NCBI GenBank assembly: GCA_002428665.1 | Contig: DIXK01000096.1 | Location: forward strand, 49,524 to 113,523 | DNA: 64,000 nt | Direction: 5' to 3' | Source of the DNA: Verrucomicrobia subdivision 3 bacterium UBA6082 | GTDB lineage: Bacteria > Verrucomicrobiota > Verrucomicrobiia > Limisphaerales > UBA8199 | Shown: positions 1 through 8,894 of the stretch, piece after piece | How positions within the stretch are numbered: the first letter of the stretch is position 1 | Layout of the letters: every line of letters begins with the position of its first letter | The notes under the pieces: generated by a model | The model's input: the letters and a program-made list of their open reading frames with translations, nothing else | What the model was told of the DNA's origin: nothing | Databases searched by the model: none | Program-made: the position numbers and the translations under genes

Positions 1-1125
1 CGGCCTTCTCCATCAGGCTTGCTCTTTGTTGGATTGTTGGCGGCTTTCGTTGTTGGCATGGTTTTCATGGCTCTTCGGGTCCCTTCCTATGCACAGGTCA
101 AGGCTTTCTATGCTCTGCCAGCCTTGGTTCCTCTGGCCGTGGTGACAGTGAGTGGCTGGGAGTGGGTTGCTGCCAGGGCAGGGGCCGCCCGGGCTTGGTT
201 TTATTGGCTCCTGGTGGTCTGGGCGATGACGGTGTGCAGCACCTTCTGGGTTCGTTCATGGAGTCCCTGGACTCATATTGCCTACGGTGTCAGTGATGCC
301 GACCACGGCAGATTCGAGTCGGCCGCGCGGCGCTTTGCACGAGCGGTTGAATTGGATCCCGAGCTGCCAGCGGCTCGGATAGGCCTGGTGGGCGCGTGGA
401 CCAGAATGGGCAACTTCCAGCAGGCATTGGAACAAGCCGACGCGGTACTGAAAGGAATCGAGCCGGTTCCGACGGACGGGCCCACCACAAAGGATCGGCA
501 AGCGTCCGCGGCAATGAAGGCGGAGGGGCTTCTCCAATCCGGAATCAACCTGGGTTTGTCACGGCACTATTCTGAGGCTGTGGAATGTCTGACCGAAGCC
601 GTTCGTTTGGCCCCCGACCATCCGGTGGCATGGAGACAGTTGGCCATGTTTTTGGATGCATCCGGTCAGGCCAAACGGGCCGTTGAGGTGCGGCAGGAAG
701 CTTTACGGGTGAACCCGTTCGATTTTCAAACCCACTACCGACTGGCATTGGGTTACCTGGGTGAAGGTAGACTGGCGGCGACTGTCGACCATTACCGATA
801 CGCGATTGCGCTGAATAAAAATAGCGTTGAAGCGTTGAACAATCTGGCTTGGATCCTGGCGACGTCTCCTGTGGAGAGTCTGCGCGATGGCCGGGAAGCC
901 GTGCAGTGGGCCGAGCGAGCGTGCCTCTTGACCGGGCGGCGCGAAGCGGTGCTCCTCGGCACCTTGGCGGCGGCTTTAGCGGAGGTCGGTCGGTTCTCTG
1001 ACGCCATTGCCACCGCCGAGGAGGCTATTAGAGTCGCCGACGCCGCAGGGCAGGGGGAAACCGCTCAACGGAATCGGGAATTATTGCTGAAATACCAGGC
1101 TGGCGAGCCCTACCGAGAACCCTGA
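1..1125 (+). CDS. TPR-repeat protein with N-terminal membrane segments; 5' end lies outside the window
   Basis: Frame 1 is open from nt 1 with no stop before the listed ORF 19..1125. The N-terminal part has hydrophobic helices (LLAAFVVGMVFMAL, ALPALVPLAVVTV, WFYWLLVVWAMTV). Repeated TPR-like units follow (AARRFARAVELDPELPAARIGL, AVECLTEAVRLAPDHPVAWRQL, VDHYRYAIALNKNSVEALNNLAW). Confidence 0.75.
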   Translation, partial: RPSPSGLLFVGLLAAFVVGMVFMALRVPSYAQVKAFYALPALVPLAVVTVSGWEWVAARAGAARAWFYWLLVVWAMTVCSTFWVRSWSPWTHIAYGVSDADHGRFESAARRFARAVELDPELPAARIGLVGAWTRMGNFQQALEQADAVLKGIEPVPTDGPTTKDRQASAAMKAEGLLQSGINLGLSRHYSEAVECLTEAVRLAPDHPVAWRQLAMFLDASGQAKRAVEVRQEALRVNPFDFQTHYRLALGYLGEGRLAATVDHYRYAIALNKNSVEALNNLAWILATSPVESLRDGREAVQWAERACLLTGRREAVLLGTLAAALAEVGRFSDAIATAEEAIRVADAAGQGETAQRNRELLLKYQAGEPYREP

Positions 1126-1257
1126 ACGAATTCCACAGGGAGATTAGGGCCAGAGCTGCGCGTTTTGGCGTCGCGAGCCGGGATTAAAACTCGCCTCGAT
1201 AAAGTGCAACAAACGGATAGTTCTGGTGTATAGTAAACCGAAGAATATATTCGGATT

Positions 1258-2157
1258 ATGATTCCTTTGAGAATCCCTTTGCTCTTGCTCGGCGCTGCGG
1301 CAGTAGTCATGCACTTCGCGGCAGGGGCCAATACTCCCGACAACCCGTATCGGGCTATTGTTGAACGGAATATCTTTGGACTGAAGGATCCCCCTCCGCC
1401 GGCCCCGCCAGAAGCGACAAAACCACCACCATCTAAACTGACGCTGACCGGCATCACCACCATCCTCGGAAAGAAGCAGGTCCTGTTAAAAACTGCCGCA
1501 GCTCCCGCAAAACCGGGAGAGCAGCCCAAAGGCGAGCAATCCTACATCATAACGGAAGGCGTGCGGGAGGGTGACATTGAAGTTCTCGAAATCAATGAGG
1601 TGGCCGGTAGCGTCAAACTGATTTATGCCGGGGTTCCAACAACCCTTGATTTCGAAAAGGACGGCCCTAAGCTCCCCTCCACCCCCGCCCCAGGCGCCCC
1701 GCGCCCCCCTGGAACTCCTGGTGCTGTCGCTGGAATTCCGACTCCGTCAGCGATCCGGCCAGCCGGCGCAAGCCCGATGACACCAAACACACTCCCAGGA
1801 ATGCGCACGATTCCTACCCGAAATCTCAGAGTCCCAGGAGATGGCTCAACCTCCTCAGGGTACAACGCAACTCCTTCATATGGCAGCCCGGGTGCCGCCA
1901 TGGATCCTTCTGGAGTTGCCGGGATACCCTTAACCGGAACGGGTTCAGGCAGCGCAGCAAAGCCAAGCTGGCCTCCCGAGCCGAGCATGAGTCTTGAGGA
2001 ACAGGAGATAATGATTGAAGCTCAGAGACAGGCTGGCGTCGGGGCGCCTCTGCCCCCTACGTCCATCTCCAGGCAACTCAATGCCTCCCAGCAACCAGCC
2101 CAGGAACAACCCACCGGCCCCATTCTCCCTCGGCCTCCGGGCATGCCTTCGCTCTAG
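1258..2157 (+). CDS. Proline-rich membrane-anchored/secreted protein of unknown function, with a possible PilP/GspC-like N-terminal motif
   Basis: 299-aa ORF with an N-terminal hydrophobic anchor (IPLLLLGAAAVVMHFAAG). It then reads 'IVERNIFGLKDPPPPAPP...LTLTGITTILGKKQVLLK', which resembles the R(D/N)xF + Pro linker + beta-domain start of PilP/GspC. The C-terminal two thirds is P/G/S/T-rich low complexity. Confidence 0.6.
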   Translation: MIPLRIPLLLLGAAAVVMHFAAGANTPDNPYRAIVERNIFGLKDPPPPAPPEATKPPPSKLTLTGITTILGKKQVLLKTAAAPAKPGEQPKGEQSYIITEGVREGDIEVLEINEVAGSVKLIYAGVPTTLDFEKDGPKLPSTPAPGAPRPPGTPGAVAGIPTPSAIRPAGASPMTPNTLPGMRTIPTRNLRVPGDGSTSSGYNATPSYGSPGAAMDPSGVAGIPLTGTGSGSAAKPSWPPEPSMSLEEQEIMIEAQRQAGVGAPLPPTSISRQLNASQQPAQEQPTGPILPRPPGMPSL

Positions 2158-2526
2158 CAACTGATTGAGGTTTTCCTGGGTTGCTTCACAGGCCGTCTGA
2201 AGTGAAGGGTTGGTTTGAGGGCTTTTGTAGCGGCCAGCATAAGATCCCGGTGCTGATCGCGGTTTCCCCACCCTCGCAAATTGGTTCGACCGTTGCGGGT
2301 AAATGAGTATCAGCGCAGGGAGCTGGGTCCGTTCGATCAAACCTTCCGTCCGTCTACTCCGCCTGGCCCGAACACGCCAGTTAACGGGCTCATCGACACA
2401 TTTTGGGGAACAACACTGCCCACTCGGATTCGGTGCCGGTCATAGCGTCGTCTGAGTTCTGGTCAAATGGGCATCACCCGCCGGCTCCTACAGGTCGATG
2501 CGGTGTTCAGTTCATGAACCACCACG

Positions 2527-2560
2527 AGAAAAAAAGAAGCCGCTCTTTCGAGCGGCTTCT
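2527..2560 (-). terminator. Rho-independent terminator downstream of the PEP-CTERM gene
   Basis: Perfect 10-bp GC-rich stem GAAGCCGCTC (2536-2545), loop TTTC, GAGCGGCTTC (2550-2559). On the minus strand a run of 7 T follows (A-run 2529-2535), about 25 nt after the stop at 2586. Confidence 0.8.
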
Positions 2561-2585
2561 CTTGAATTAAACTGTAAGAGTTATC

Positions 2586-3161
2586 TTACTTGCGACGGCG
2601 GAAAATCAACATCGCAGCAGCACCGAGACCAGCGAGCGCGAGGCTCGAGGGTTCGGGAACGATGGCGATGTTGAAACTCGTGAGGCCAGTCACGTAGGGC
2701 GGAGTGGTGAGATTGCCACCAATCTTCGCGGTGAAGTCCGAGGGGACGCTCATACCACCCGCGATCAAACCGTTCTGCCAAGCAGTCGAGGCTTCAGACC
2801 AAGTCGGATACAGGCCTGAGGTATTGTCCCAAGCGGCAACTCGGAACGTTACGCCAGCCATGGACTCTCCCGGGACATTGAGCAGGGTGACGGTTGTCAA
2901 GGCCGCGTAGCCGGCCGCTGAACCAGTCCTGAACGTCGTTGCGGGAGTACCCTCTATGAAACCTGCGGTTTGTCCTAAGCCAGGTGCTGACAGCAACTGC
3001 GCGAAGTAATTGGCACCAGAAAGTGGTGTGGTTCCGTCAGCCTGGAAAACCTTCCAGTTTACACCGTTTCCGGAACTGAAGCCCGTGAACATCACAGTTC
3101 CCTGTGCGAATACACTTACTGCGGTCGCGAGAACCGCCAGTGTCACTAAGGTTTTTTTCAT
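2586..3161 (-). CDS. PEP-CTERM sorting-domain secreted protein
   Basis: Signal peptide MKKTLVTLAVLATAVSVFAQG. The C-terminus 'VPEPSSLALAGLGAAAMLIFRRRK' is the PEP motif plus TM helix plus basic tail of the PEP-CTERM/exosortase signal. Confidence 0.9.
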   Translation of the reverse strand: MKKTLVTLAVLATAVSVFAQGTVMFTGFSSGNGVNWKVFQADGTTPLSGANYFAQLLSAPGLGQTAGFIEGTPATTFRTGSAAGYAALTTVTLLNVPGESMAGVTFRVAAWDNTSGLYPTWSEASTAWQNGLIAGGMSVPSDFTAKIGGNLTTPPYVTGLTSFNIAIVPEPSSLALAGLGAAAMLIFRRRK

Positions 3162-3214
3162 ATTTTTGTGGTTTTATGTTGGTATGTATTGGGATTCTAA
3201 TTTTTATTCTGGGA

Positions 3215-3841
3215 TTATTGAACCGTAAAAGTCCGCACCCAATTCGCAGCAGCCACCTTCTTGACGAAGAAAGCTTGGCCGACAGCTACGGTGGGTTCAG
3301 TGGGCGTCCACGCGAGATCGAATTCGTCGAATGCGAAACCCGTGTAACCGTTGTTGTAGATATAAAGTTCATCGCCGGCGGCGGCAGGGAGACCAAGGTC
3401 GGTAGTCACTTTGCCAGCTTGAGGAACGATTGAGGAACGGATGGCGAAACCAGCAGGGAGAGCATTCTCAAGTGTGCCTTGCTTCACTTCACCAACGAAA
3501 GTGATCGTCAGCGGGTTGGCCGTAGGATTCTTGATGAAACCGCCTTCGCCTGGATTCAGTGTAGCGTTGCCATTCGGTGTCCATGCGAGATCGAACTCAT
3601 CGAACGCGTAGCCAGTGTAACCAGCCGCAAACTTGTAGAATTCGGTGCCTGGAGGAACGCTCGGCATCAGAGCGCCGATTGTGTTGTTAGCCGTGTCCAA
3701 CTGATTGGCGATCATGTAGAATGAATTCGCCGGGACGGTGACGTTGTAATATCCAACCACGTTTAGCGAGTAAACCTGAGCGGACGTGACAACAGTGCTG
3801 ACTGCGAGAGCAGCCAAGCCCAATAGTGCTTTTGTTCTCAT
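3215..3841 (-). CDS. Secreted protein with an internal tandem duplication (GYTG[YF]AFDEFDLAWTP motif x2); unknown function
   Basis: Signal peptide MRTKALLGLAALAVSTVVTSAQV. Two about 90-aa halves each carry G(T/D)E(F/L)Y...GYTG(Y/F)AFDEFDLAWTP. The duplication is visible in DNA: 3308-3349 vs 3581-3622, 35/42 nt identical. There is no PEP-CTERM tail. Confidence 0.8.
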   Translation of the reverse strand: MRTKALLGLAALAVSTVVTSAQVYSLNVVGYYNVTVPANSFYMIANQLDTANNTIGALMPSVPPGTEFYKFAAGYTGYAFDEFDLAWTPNGNATLNPGEGGFIKNPTANPLTITFVGEVKQGTLENALPAGFAIRSSIVPQAGKVTTDLGLPAAAGDELYIYNNGYTGFAFDEFDLAWTPTEPTVAVGQAFFVKKVAAANWVRTFTVQ

Positions 3842-4203
3842 GTGTTTTGTAGTTATGTGTTAACCGTGTGTATGGCAACTATGGCGGATAACCCGTTTGA
3901 GTGTCAACATTATTCTCGTTTTTTTTTGAACGAAAATGCGATGGTAATCAGGGACTATTCCGGTGACTTGTGAGTCGAGCATTTGGTGTGGGCTATCCGT
4001 GTGAAAGTTCTCTTGAGTTGGCAAAAACCAACCGAGTCATTGTGGCACAGGTTTCAAGCGAGTGTTATTCAAAAGACCCACCCCCGAGTTCGATTCTGAG
4101 GTCGTCTGCCAACGGGTTTTCTATACCGTCACAGAGAATCGTTCTTTTGATTGATTGACTCCCTCTTTTGTCGATTCAAAACTCTGAAGGGAAATGCTTT
4201 GCA

Positions 4204-5862
4204 TCAATTCTTGGTTGCTGGCACGACGGGGTTTTTCCTGGCGATGGCCTTAGTCTCTGTAGAGTTTAAACCCACCGGGAAGCTCCCGGCCTCCAACCAG
4301 TCGGCCATGAGGTGGATTTCCCAGGAATTCAGGCCAATCATGGATTTTCTGGTTAACGACAATTCGTTTGGCACCGTCTGGGTTATTAATGTTGCGCAAT
4401 TTCCAAGTCGGCTTTCCAGCGCTTTGAGCCATGCTACAGCCTTGGACTCCGGCGGCAGTTGCCCGGCTCGAAACACAAGTCTGACAAGTTGGCCGCTGTA
4501 AAGCCCGGCTGCGATCCGAGGCCCGGTTAGTTCCCAGTCGTAAAAAACAGCCTTTGGCTCCCGCAGTTGACTGAAGAGTTCGGCCGGAGGCGGTTGGTTG
4601 GTTCTTAACAGAGGAATTAGCCCGGCGAACAGATAATCCTGACCCTTGTCTGTTTTGCAGGTTACAAAGGGAGAAAGCAGGGGGAGTCCTTTCCAAAGCA
4701 CGGCGTGCTCGTTGGTGCTCGATTCGAAGATTCCTGCCGCCTTCGCAAGAAGCCAGGGATTACCCTGATCCTGAAGCTGCCGGGATACTTGCGAAACCGT
4801 GTTGCTTGCCTGCTTGTCCGGAGCCGCGGCGTAGACCTCGAAAGGCAAGCCGTCCAGCGTCCATATATAGAGTTGGTCTGGCCAACGCGTTGGGACAGGG
4901 AAAAACTCGAGACTTGCGAGGAGGGCCCGAAGACCGCGCATTGCCGTGAAACTTGCCAGTGGTTCGCTGACCAGCCCTGTTGGAATACTCCAGTCGGGCA
5001 GCGACAGGTCGAGACTACTGGGGAATCTGGCTGTCGCCTTGGTTCTCACATTCTCCCCGTCTCCGGTAACGGCGACGGAGAAGGCGGGCCAGTTTTGCGG
5101 CAATTTGCAGTCTCGACCCAGGGCTTGGGCGGCTTTGCGAAGATCGATGTCTGCCTGGAGCCAATTTGTTTTTATAGCACTTTCAAATGGCGACTTGTTG
5201 CCCTTGATGCGGGTCACTACATCCTTGAACAAGTTGTTCTTTTCCTGAGCTAATCCCACGAGGAACCATTCTCCTTTATACACGGCCTGAACCAAGTTTG
5301 GCACGTCATGTTTCTTCAGGGTCCACCCACCGTCCGGGGTCACCGCTGCTTTCACCCCGGTCAGGGATTCCATCACCTGCGCTAGGTTGGTTTCCCAGGT
5401 CCTGGCCCGATTGGCATCGACTTTGACCGCCAAAACTAACTCGCCCGTTTGGTTCGAAGCGCCGCGGATCTCCAAATAACTCTCAAGGTCAACCAAGTCC
5501 TGGACAAGCGGTTGCAGCAGGGTCGAAGGCACTCCGTTCGTGCCACCGGGGCCGCGCGAAAGCAGCCAGGGGGCAACTGCCAGTTTTCCCACCGACTGCG
5601 CCTCCAACCGGGCGCTTTCCGGGAGGTTCCAGATGCTCATCAGGTTTGTGGCGGTGGGGTTTGATGCCAGGTTCTTCTTCCCCATCCAGTGGACGCGCGC
5701 CACGGTCTCGAGACCGGATTCCCCGGTTTTTGCGCCTGGTTTGGGATGTGTCCCATTACAACCGGCCATCCAGGAAGTGATTCCGATGGCGGCTAGCGCA
5801 ACACCAATTCGTTTAATCCACATAAGAGACTTGGTTATAGCCAAGAGCGTTCGGGACGGCAA
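4204..5862 (-). CDS. Hypothetical lipoprotein (552 aa)
   Basis: Long ORF with a lipobox-like signal 'ALAAIGITSWMAGC|NG'. I recognise no catalytic motifs. The composition is coding-like, and the opposite-strand ORFs are short and R-rich. Confidence 0.7.
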   Translation of the reverse strand: MPSRTLLAITKSLMWIKRIGVALAAIGITSWMAGCNGTHPKPGAKTGESGLETVARVHWMGKKNLASNPTATNLMSIWNLPESARLEAQSVGKLAVAPWLLSRGPGGTNGVPSTLLQPLVQDLVDLESYLEIRGASNQTGELVLAVKVDANRARTWETNLAQVMESLTGVKAAVTPDGGWTLKKHDVPNLVQAVYKGEWFLVGLAQEKNNLFKDVVTRIKGNKSPFESAIKTNWLQADIDLRKAAQALGRDCKLPQNWPAFSVAVTGDGENVRTKATARFPSSLDLSLPDWSIPTGLVSEPLASFTAMRGLRALLASLEFFPVPTRWPDQLYIWTLDGLPFEVYAAAPDKQASNTVSQVSRQLQDQGNPWLLAKAAGIFESSTNEHAVLWKGLPLLSPFVTCKTDKGQDYLFAGLIPLLRTNQPPPAELFSQLREPKAVFYDWELTGPRIAAGLYSGQLVRLVFRAGQLPPESKAVAWLKALESRLGNCATLITQTVPNELSLTRKSMIGLNSWEIHLMADWLEAGSFPVGLNSTETKAIARKNPVVPATKN

Positions 5863-6038
5863 ACCCCAAAAGGGTAATCTAAAAAGCGCGCGACCTGCAC
5901 CGCCACTTCCTGGCCGCCTTTACGCACTCCTCGGTACGGGAGGCAAGCGTTACGCTTACTCCCCCCAAAAACAGTGCCTGTCGTGCGATTTTTCGGGACG
6001 GTAAATCGCAAGTGAGATAATGTGCCTCAAACCTGAGC

Positions 6039-6539
6039 ATGGCTGGTTCGAGATCAAACGAGCGCCTTGTTTCAACTATGGACACGACGATTTCTTTCGA
6101 GGTCAACGGCGAACTCAAGACGGTAACCACGCATCCAAGCCGGCCTTTGCTGGATGTCCTGCGAGAAGACCTTGGCCTCACGGGGACCAAGTACGGATGT
6201 GGCGAAGGCCAATGCCGGGCGTGCACGGTGTTACTGGAGGGAAAGGCCGTGGCGGCGTGCGTTACCCAGATCGCCACAGTCGAAAACAAAAAGGTGCGGA
6301 CCATCGAGGGCTTGGCCGGCGGCGATACGCTGCATCCTGTCCAGCAGGCGTTTCTCGACGGGGCGGGCTCGCAGTGTGGTTACTGCACCCCGGGCATGGT
6401 CATGGAACTCGTCGCGGTGTTGAACGCCTCCCCCAACCCCGCCGAGGCCGAGGTTCTTGCCCGGTTGGGACGGCACCTTTGCCGCTGCTGCAACTATCCA
6501 AACTTGAAGCGTTCGATTCGCCTGAGCCTGCGCCGGTAG
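6039..6539 (+). CDS. (2Fe-2S)-binding small subunit of a xanthine-dehydrogenase-family molybdoenzyme (IorA/aldehyde oxidoreductase gamma-like)
   Basis: Plant-type ferredoxin cluster motif 'CGEGQCRACTV' and second cluster motif 'QCGYCTPGM'. The likely true start is MDTTISFEVNG at 6078. It lies immediately upstream of the large subunit. Confidence 0.9.
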   Translation: MAGSRSNERLVSTMDTTISFEVNGELKTVTTHPSRPLLDVLREDLGLTGTKYGCGEGQCRACTVLLEGKAVAACVTQIATVENKKVRTIEGLAGGDTLHPVQQAFLDGAGSQCGYCTPGMVMELVAVLNASPNPAEAEVLARLGRHLCRCCNYPNLKRSIRLSLRR

Positions 6540-6552
6540 CCCCGGAGACGTC

Positions 6553-8700
6553 ATGAAAAACAAATCAGATTGTGCGATGACTCCCGACCACGATCCCGCC
6601 GCCTGGTCGGAAGGTGTGGATGCGGTGCCTTTCGACTTCGGCCTGAAACGACGGGCTTTCGTGCACTTATTGGGAACCGGGTTGATGGTGGTTTTCAGCG
6701 CACCGGCCCTGGCTCAACGCAGTGGCGGGCGCGGCGGCGGCGCCTCGGCGCCCAGCATTTCCTCACGCCTTCACTTCGGCAAGGACGGTGTCATCACGGT
6801 GTTCACTGGAAAAGTCGAAGGAGGGCAAGGCGCCCGTGCGGAGTTGACCCAGGCCGCGGCGGAGGAATTGCGGGTGGAGGTTGCAGCGGTCCGCCTGGTA
6901 ATGGCCGACACAGCTCAAGTGCCGAACGATGGCATCACCGCCGGGAGCCGCACAACCCCGTTCACCGTGCCGGCGGTCCGGCAGGGAGCGGCGGCGGCCC
7001 GAGAACTCCTTATTGAGATCGCCAGCCGCCAATGGACAACCGACCGAGACCAGCTCAAGGTCCAGGCCGGGGCGGTGAAGGACCCAGTATCCGGTCGCAG
7101 CTTTTCTTATCGGGATCTGGCCGCCAACGATATTGCCGTCCGGTTGCTCTCCCAGCCGGTGAATGCGGGTGTGCAAGTGACGCCTGTGGCGGACTGGAAG
7201 ATCCTTGGCAAGTCCACTCCCCGACCCAATCGGCGCGACCTGGTGACCGGCGCACATCGTTTTCCGTCAGACTTGGTGCGTCCAGGAATGCTTTACGGCA
7301 AAGTGCTGCGCCCGCCTGCGTTTGGCGCAACCTTGACTGGGATCGATCTCGCCCCGGCCCGGGCCATGAAGGGTGTGGTCGTGGTTGCCGACGGTCAGTT
7401 CGTGGGTGTGGCGGCCCCCACGGTCTTTCAGGCCCGGGCAGCGATTGAAGCGCTAGCAGAGACAGCCAGGTGGGAATACGTCTCCCACCCCTCGCACCAG
7501 GAGTTATATGGTCACTTGGAAAAGCATGCCCAGGGGGGCGTGCCTGCCAACCCGTTTCCCGATGAAATCTCCCGCGCCAGGAAGGTCTTGCGTGAAGATT
7601 ACCACGTGGTCTATGTCCAACACGCACCCCTTGAGCCTCGCGCGGCTTTAGCGGAATGGGAAAAGGAGACCCTAACCGTGTCCTTGGGCACCCAGAATCC
7701 TTTTGGCTGCCGCAGCGAGCTTGCCCGTGCCTTTCATTTGGCCGAAGACAAAGTCAGGGTCGTCGTTCCTGATTTTGGTGGCGGTTTCGGAGGCAAGCAT
7801 ACGGGTGAAGTGGGCGTGGAAGCGGCGCGGCTCGCCCGTGCGGCGGGTCGCCCGGTGAGCCTGCGCTGGACACGGCGCGAGGAATTCACCTGGGCCTATT
7901 TTCGGCCGGCGGCGTTGATCCGAATCGAAGCCGGTCTGGACGAGACCGGCAAGCTAAGCTGCTGGCATTTCCTGAACATCAATTCCGGCGGTGCCGGGAT
8001 CGAGACTCCGTACCAGGTGCCCCACCAGCGCAGCCGCTTCGTCCGTTCCCAGGGTCCTTTGCGGGAAGGCTCGTATCGAGCGCTGGCGGCCACGGCAAAC
8101 CATTTCGCTCGGGAGTGTTTCATGGATGAATTGGCGGCTGCCGTGGCGGCGGATCCGCTCACGTTTCGGCTGGCACATCTGCAGGAGCCGCGGCTGCGCG
8201 CGGTGTTGGAGACGGCCGCCCAGCGTTTCGGATGGACCGATCGGTTTGCTCGCAAACAACCCGGTCTTGGGGTCGGCCTGGCCTGTGGTACGGAAAAAGG
8301 CTCCTTCGTGGCGGCATGCGTCGAAGTGGCTATCGAGCCGAAAGAAAACCGAATCCAGGTTCGGCACATCTGCGAGGTGTTTGAGTGCGGCGCGATCCTC
8401 GATCCGGACAATACCCGATCGCAAGTCGAAGGGTGCATTATTATGGGTCTCGGGCCGGCGCTGCAGGAGGAAATGATGTTTGAAAACGGCGAAATCAAGA
8501 ACGCTTCTTTTCAGCGCTACCGCGTACCGCGATTTGTGGACGTGCCTGAACTCGATATCCACTTGCTTAATCGACCTGACCTGAGTCCCGTAGGTGCGGG
8601 GGAAACCCCGATCGTGGCCGTCGCTCCGGCCATCGCGAACGCGGTCTTCCACGCCTCCGGAGTGCGCGTGCGGTCAATGCCCATTCGCTTGCCCGCCTGA
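6553..8700 (+). CDS. Molybdopterin-binding large subunit of a xanthine-dehydrogenase-family oxidoreductase (IorB-like), Tat-exported
   Basis: 715 aa. Twin-arginine signal 'GLKRRAFVHLLGTGLMVVFSAPALAQ'. Conserved blocks typical of the aldehyde oxidase/XDH a/b-hammerhead and Moco-binding domains (GGGFGGK, GCIIMGLG, VGAGETPIVAVAPAIANAV). Confidence 0.88.
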   Translation: MKNKSDCAMTPDHDPAAWSEGVDAVPFDFGLKRRAFVHLLGTGLMVVFSAPALAQRSGGRGGGASAPSISSRLHFGKDGVITVFTGKVEGGQGARAELTQAAAEELRVEVAAVRLVMADTAQVPNDGITAGSRTTPFTVPAVRQGAAAARELLIEIASRQWTTDRDQLKVQAGAVKDPVSGRSFSYRDLAANDIAVRLLSQPVNAGVQVTPVADWKILGKSTPRPNRRDLVTGAHRFPSDLVRPGMLYGKVLRPPAFGATLTGIDLAPARAMKGVVVVADGQFVGVAAPTVFQARAAIEALAETARWEYVSHPSHQELYGHLEKHAQGGVPANPFPDEISRARKVLREDYHVVYVQHAPLEPRAALAEWEKETLTVSLGTQNPFGCRSELARAFHLAEDKVRVVVPDFGGGFGGKHTGEVGVEAARLARAAGRPVSLRWTRREEFTWAYFRPAALIRIEAGLDETGKLSCWHFLNINSGGAGIETPYQVPHQRSRFVRSQGPLREGSYRALAATANHFARECFMDELAAAVAADPLTFRLAHLQEPRLRAVLETAAQRFGWTDRFARKQPGLGVGLACGTEKGSFVAACVEVAIEPKENRIQVRHICEVFECGAILDPDNTRSQVEGCIIMGLGPALQEEMMFENGEIKNASFQRYRVPRFVDVPELDIHLLNRPDLSPVGAGETPIVAVAPAIANAVFHASGVRVRSMPIRLPA

Positions 8701-8844
8701 GGTCAGTTTTGGGAGGGTCGCTCCCATAGGAAACTCCAGCGGCGCGTTGGCTCGGTGGCGACCTTGCTTGTCTTGGGCTGCAGAATCCGCTAGGTTCGCG
8801 CCATGTTACGCTCGTGTTCCTTTGACCCAGTCTACCTTGTCCTG

Positions 8845-8865
8845 CTCGAGGCTAGGAGCCTCGAG
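8845..8865. other. Perfect 9-bp inverted repeat (hairpin) between the oxidoreductase operon and the next gene
   Basis: CTCGAGGCT-AGG-AGCCTCGAG read directly at 8845-8865. No T-run follows it, so it is not a canonical intrinsic terminator. Confidence 0.5.
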
Positions 8866-8894
8866 TGATTGCGGAACCGCGGTGGGGAACTTCC

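Noticed and set aside
2158-2585. 428-nt gap with no supported gene. I examined it for tRNA, small RNA, pseudogene remnants and the listed 131-aa antisense ORF (1945..2340).
   Set aside because: There is no cloverleaf, no conserved RNA motif I recognise, and no convincing reading frame. The only clear element is the terminator hairpin at its right end. Not reportable without covariance or expression data.
4083-4111. tRNA-3'-end-like string CCCGAGTTCGATTCTGAGGTCGTCTGCCA (T-loop-like TTCGATT, ending GCCA). It could be a tRNA gene, or an att-site remnant of an integrated element.
   Set aside because: The flanking 5-nt T-stem arms pair at only 3 of 5 positions. No complementary 5' acceptor strand (AGACGAC) and no D or anticodon arms are found upstream. 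No integrase or other mobile genes are nearby. At most it is a decayed fragment.
6020-6556. 178-aa ORF overlapping the 2Fe-2S subunit gene in another frame.
   Set aside because: The 6039 frame carries both canonical Fe-S cluster motifs. The alternative frame is Arg/Gly/Pro-rich with no motifs.
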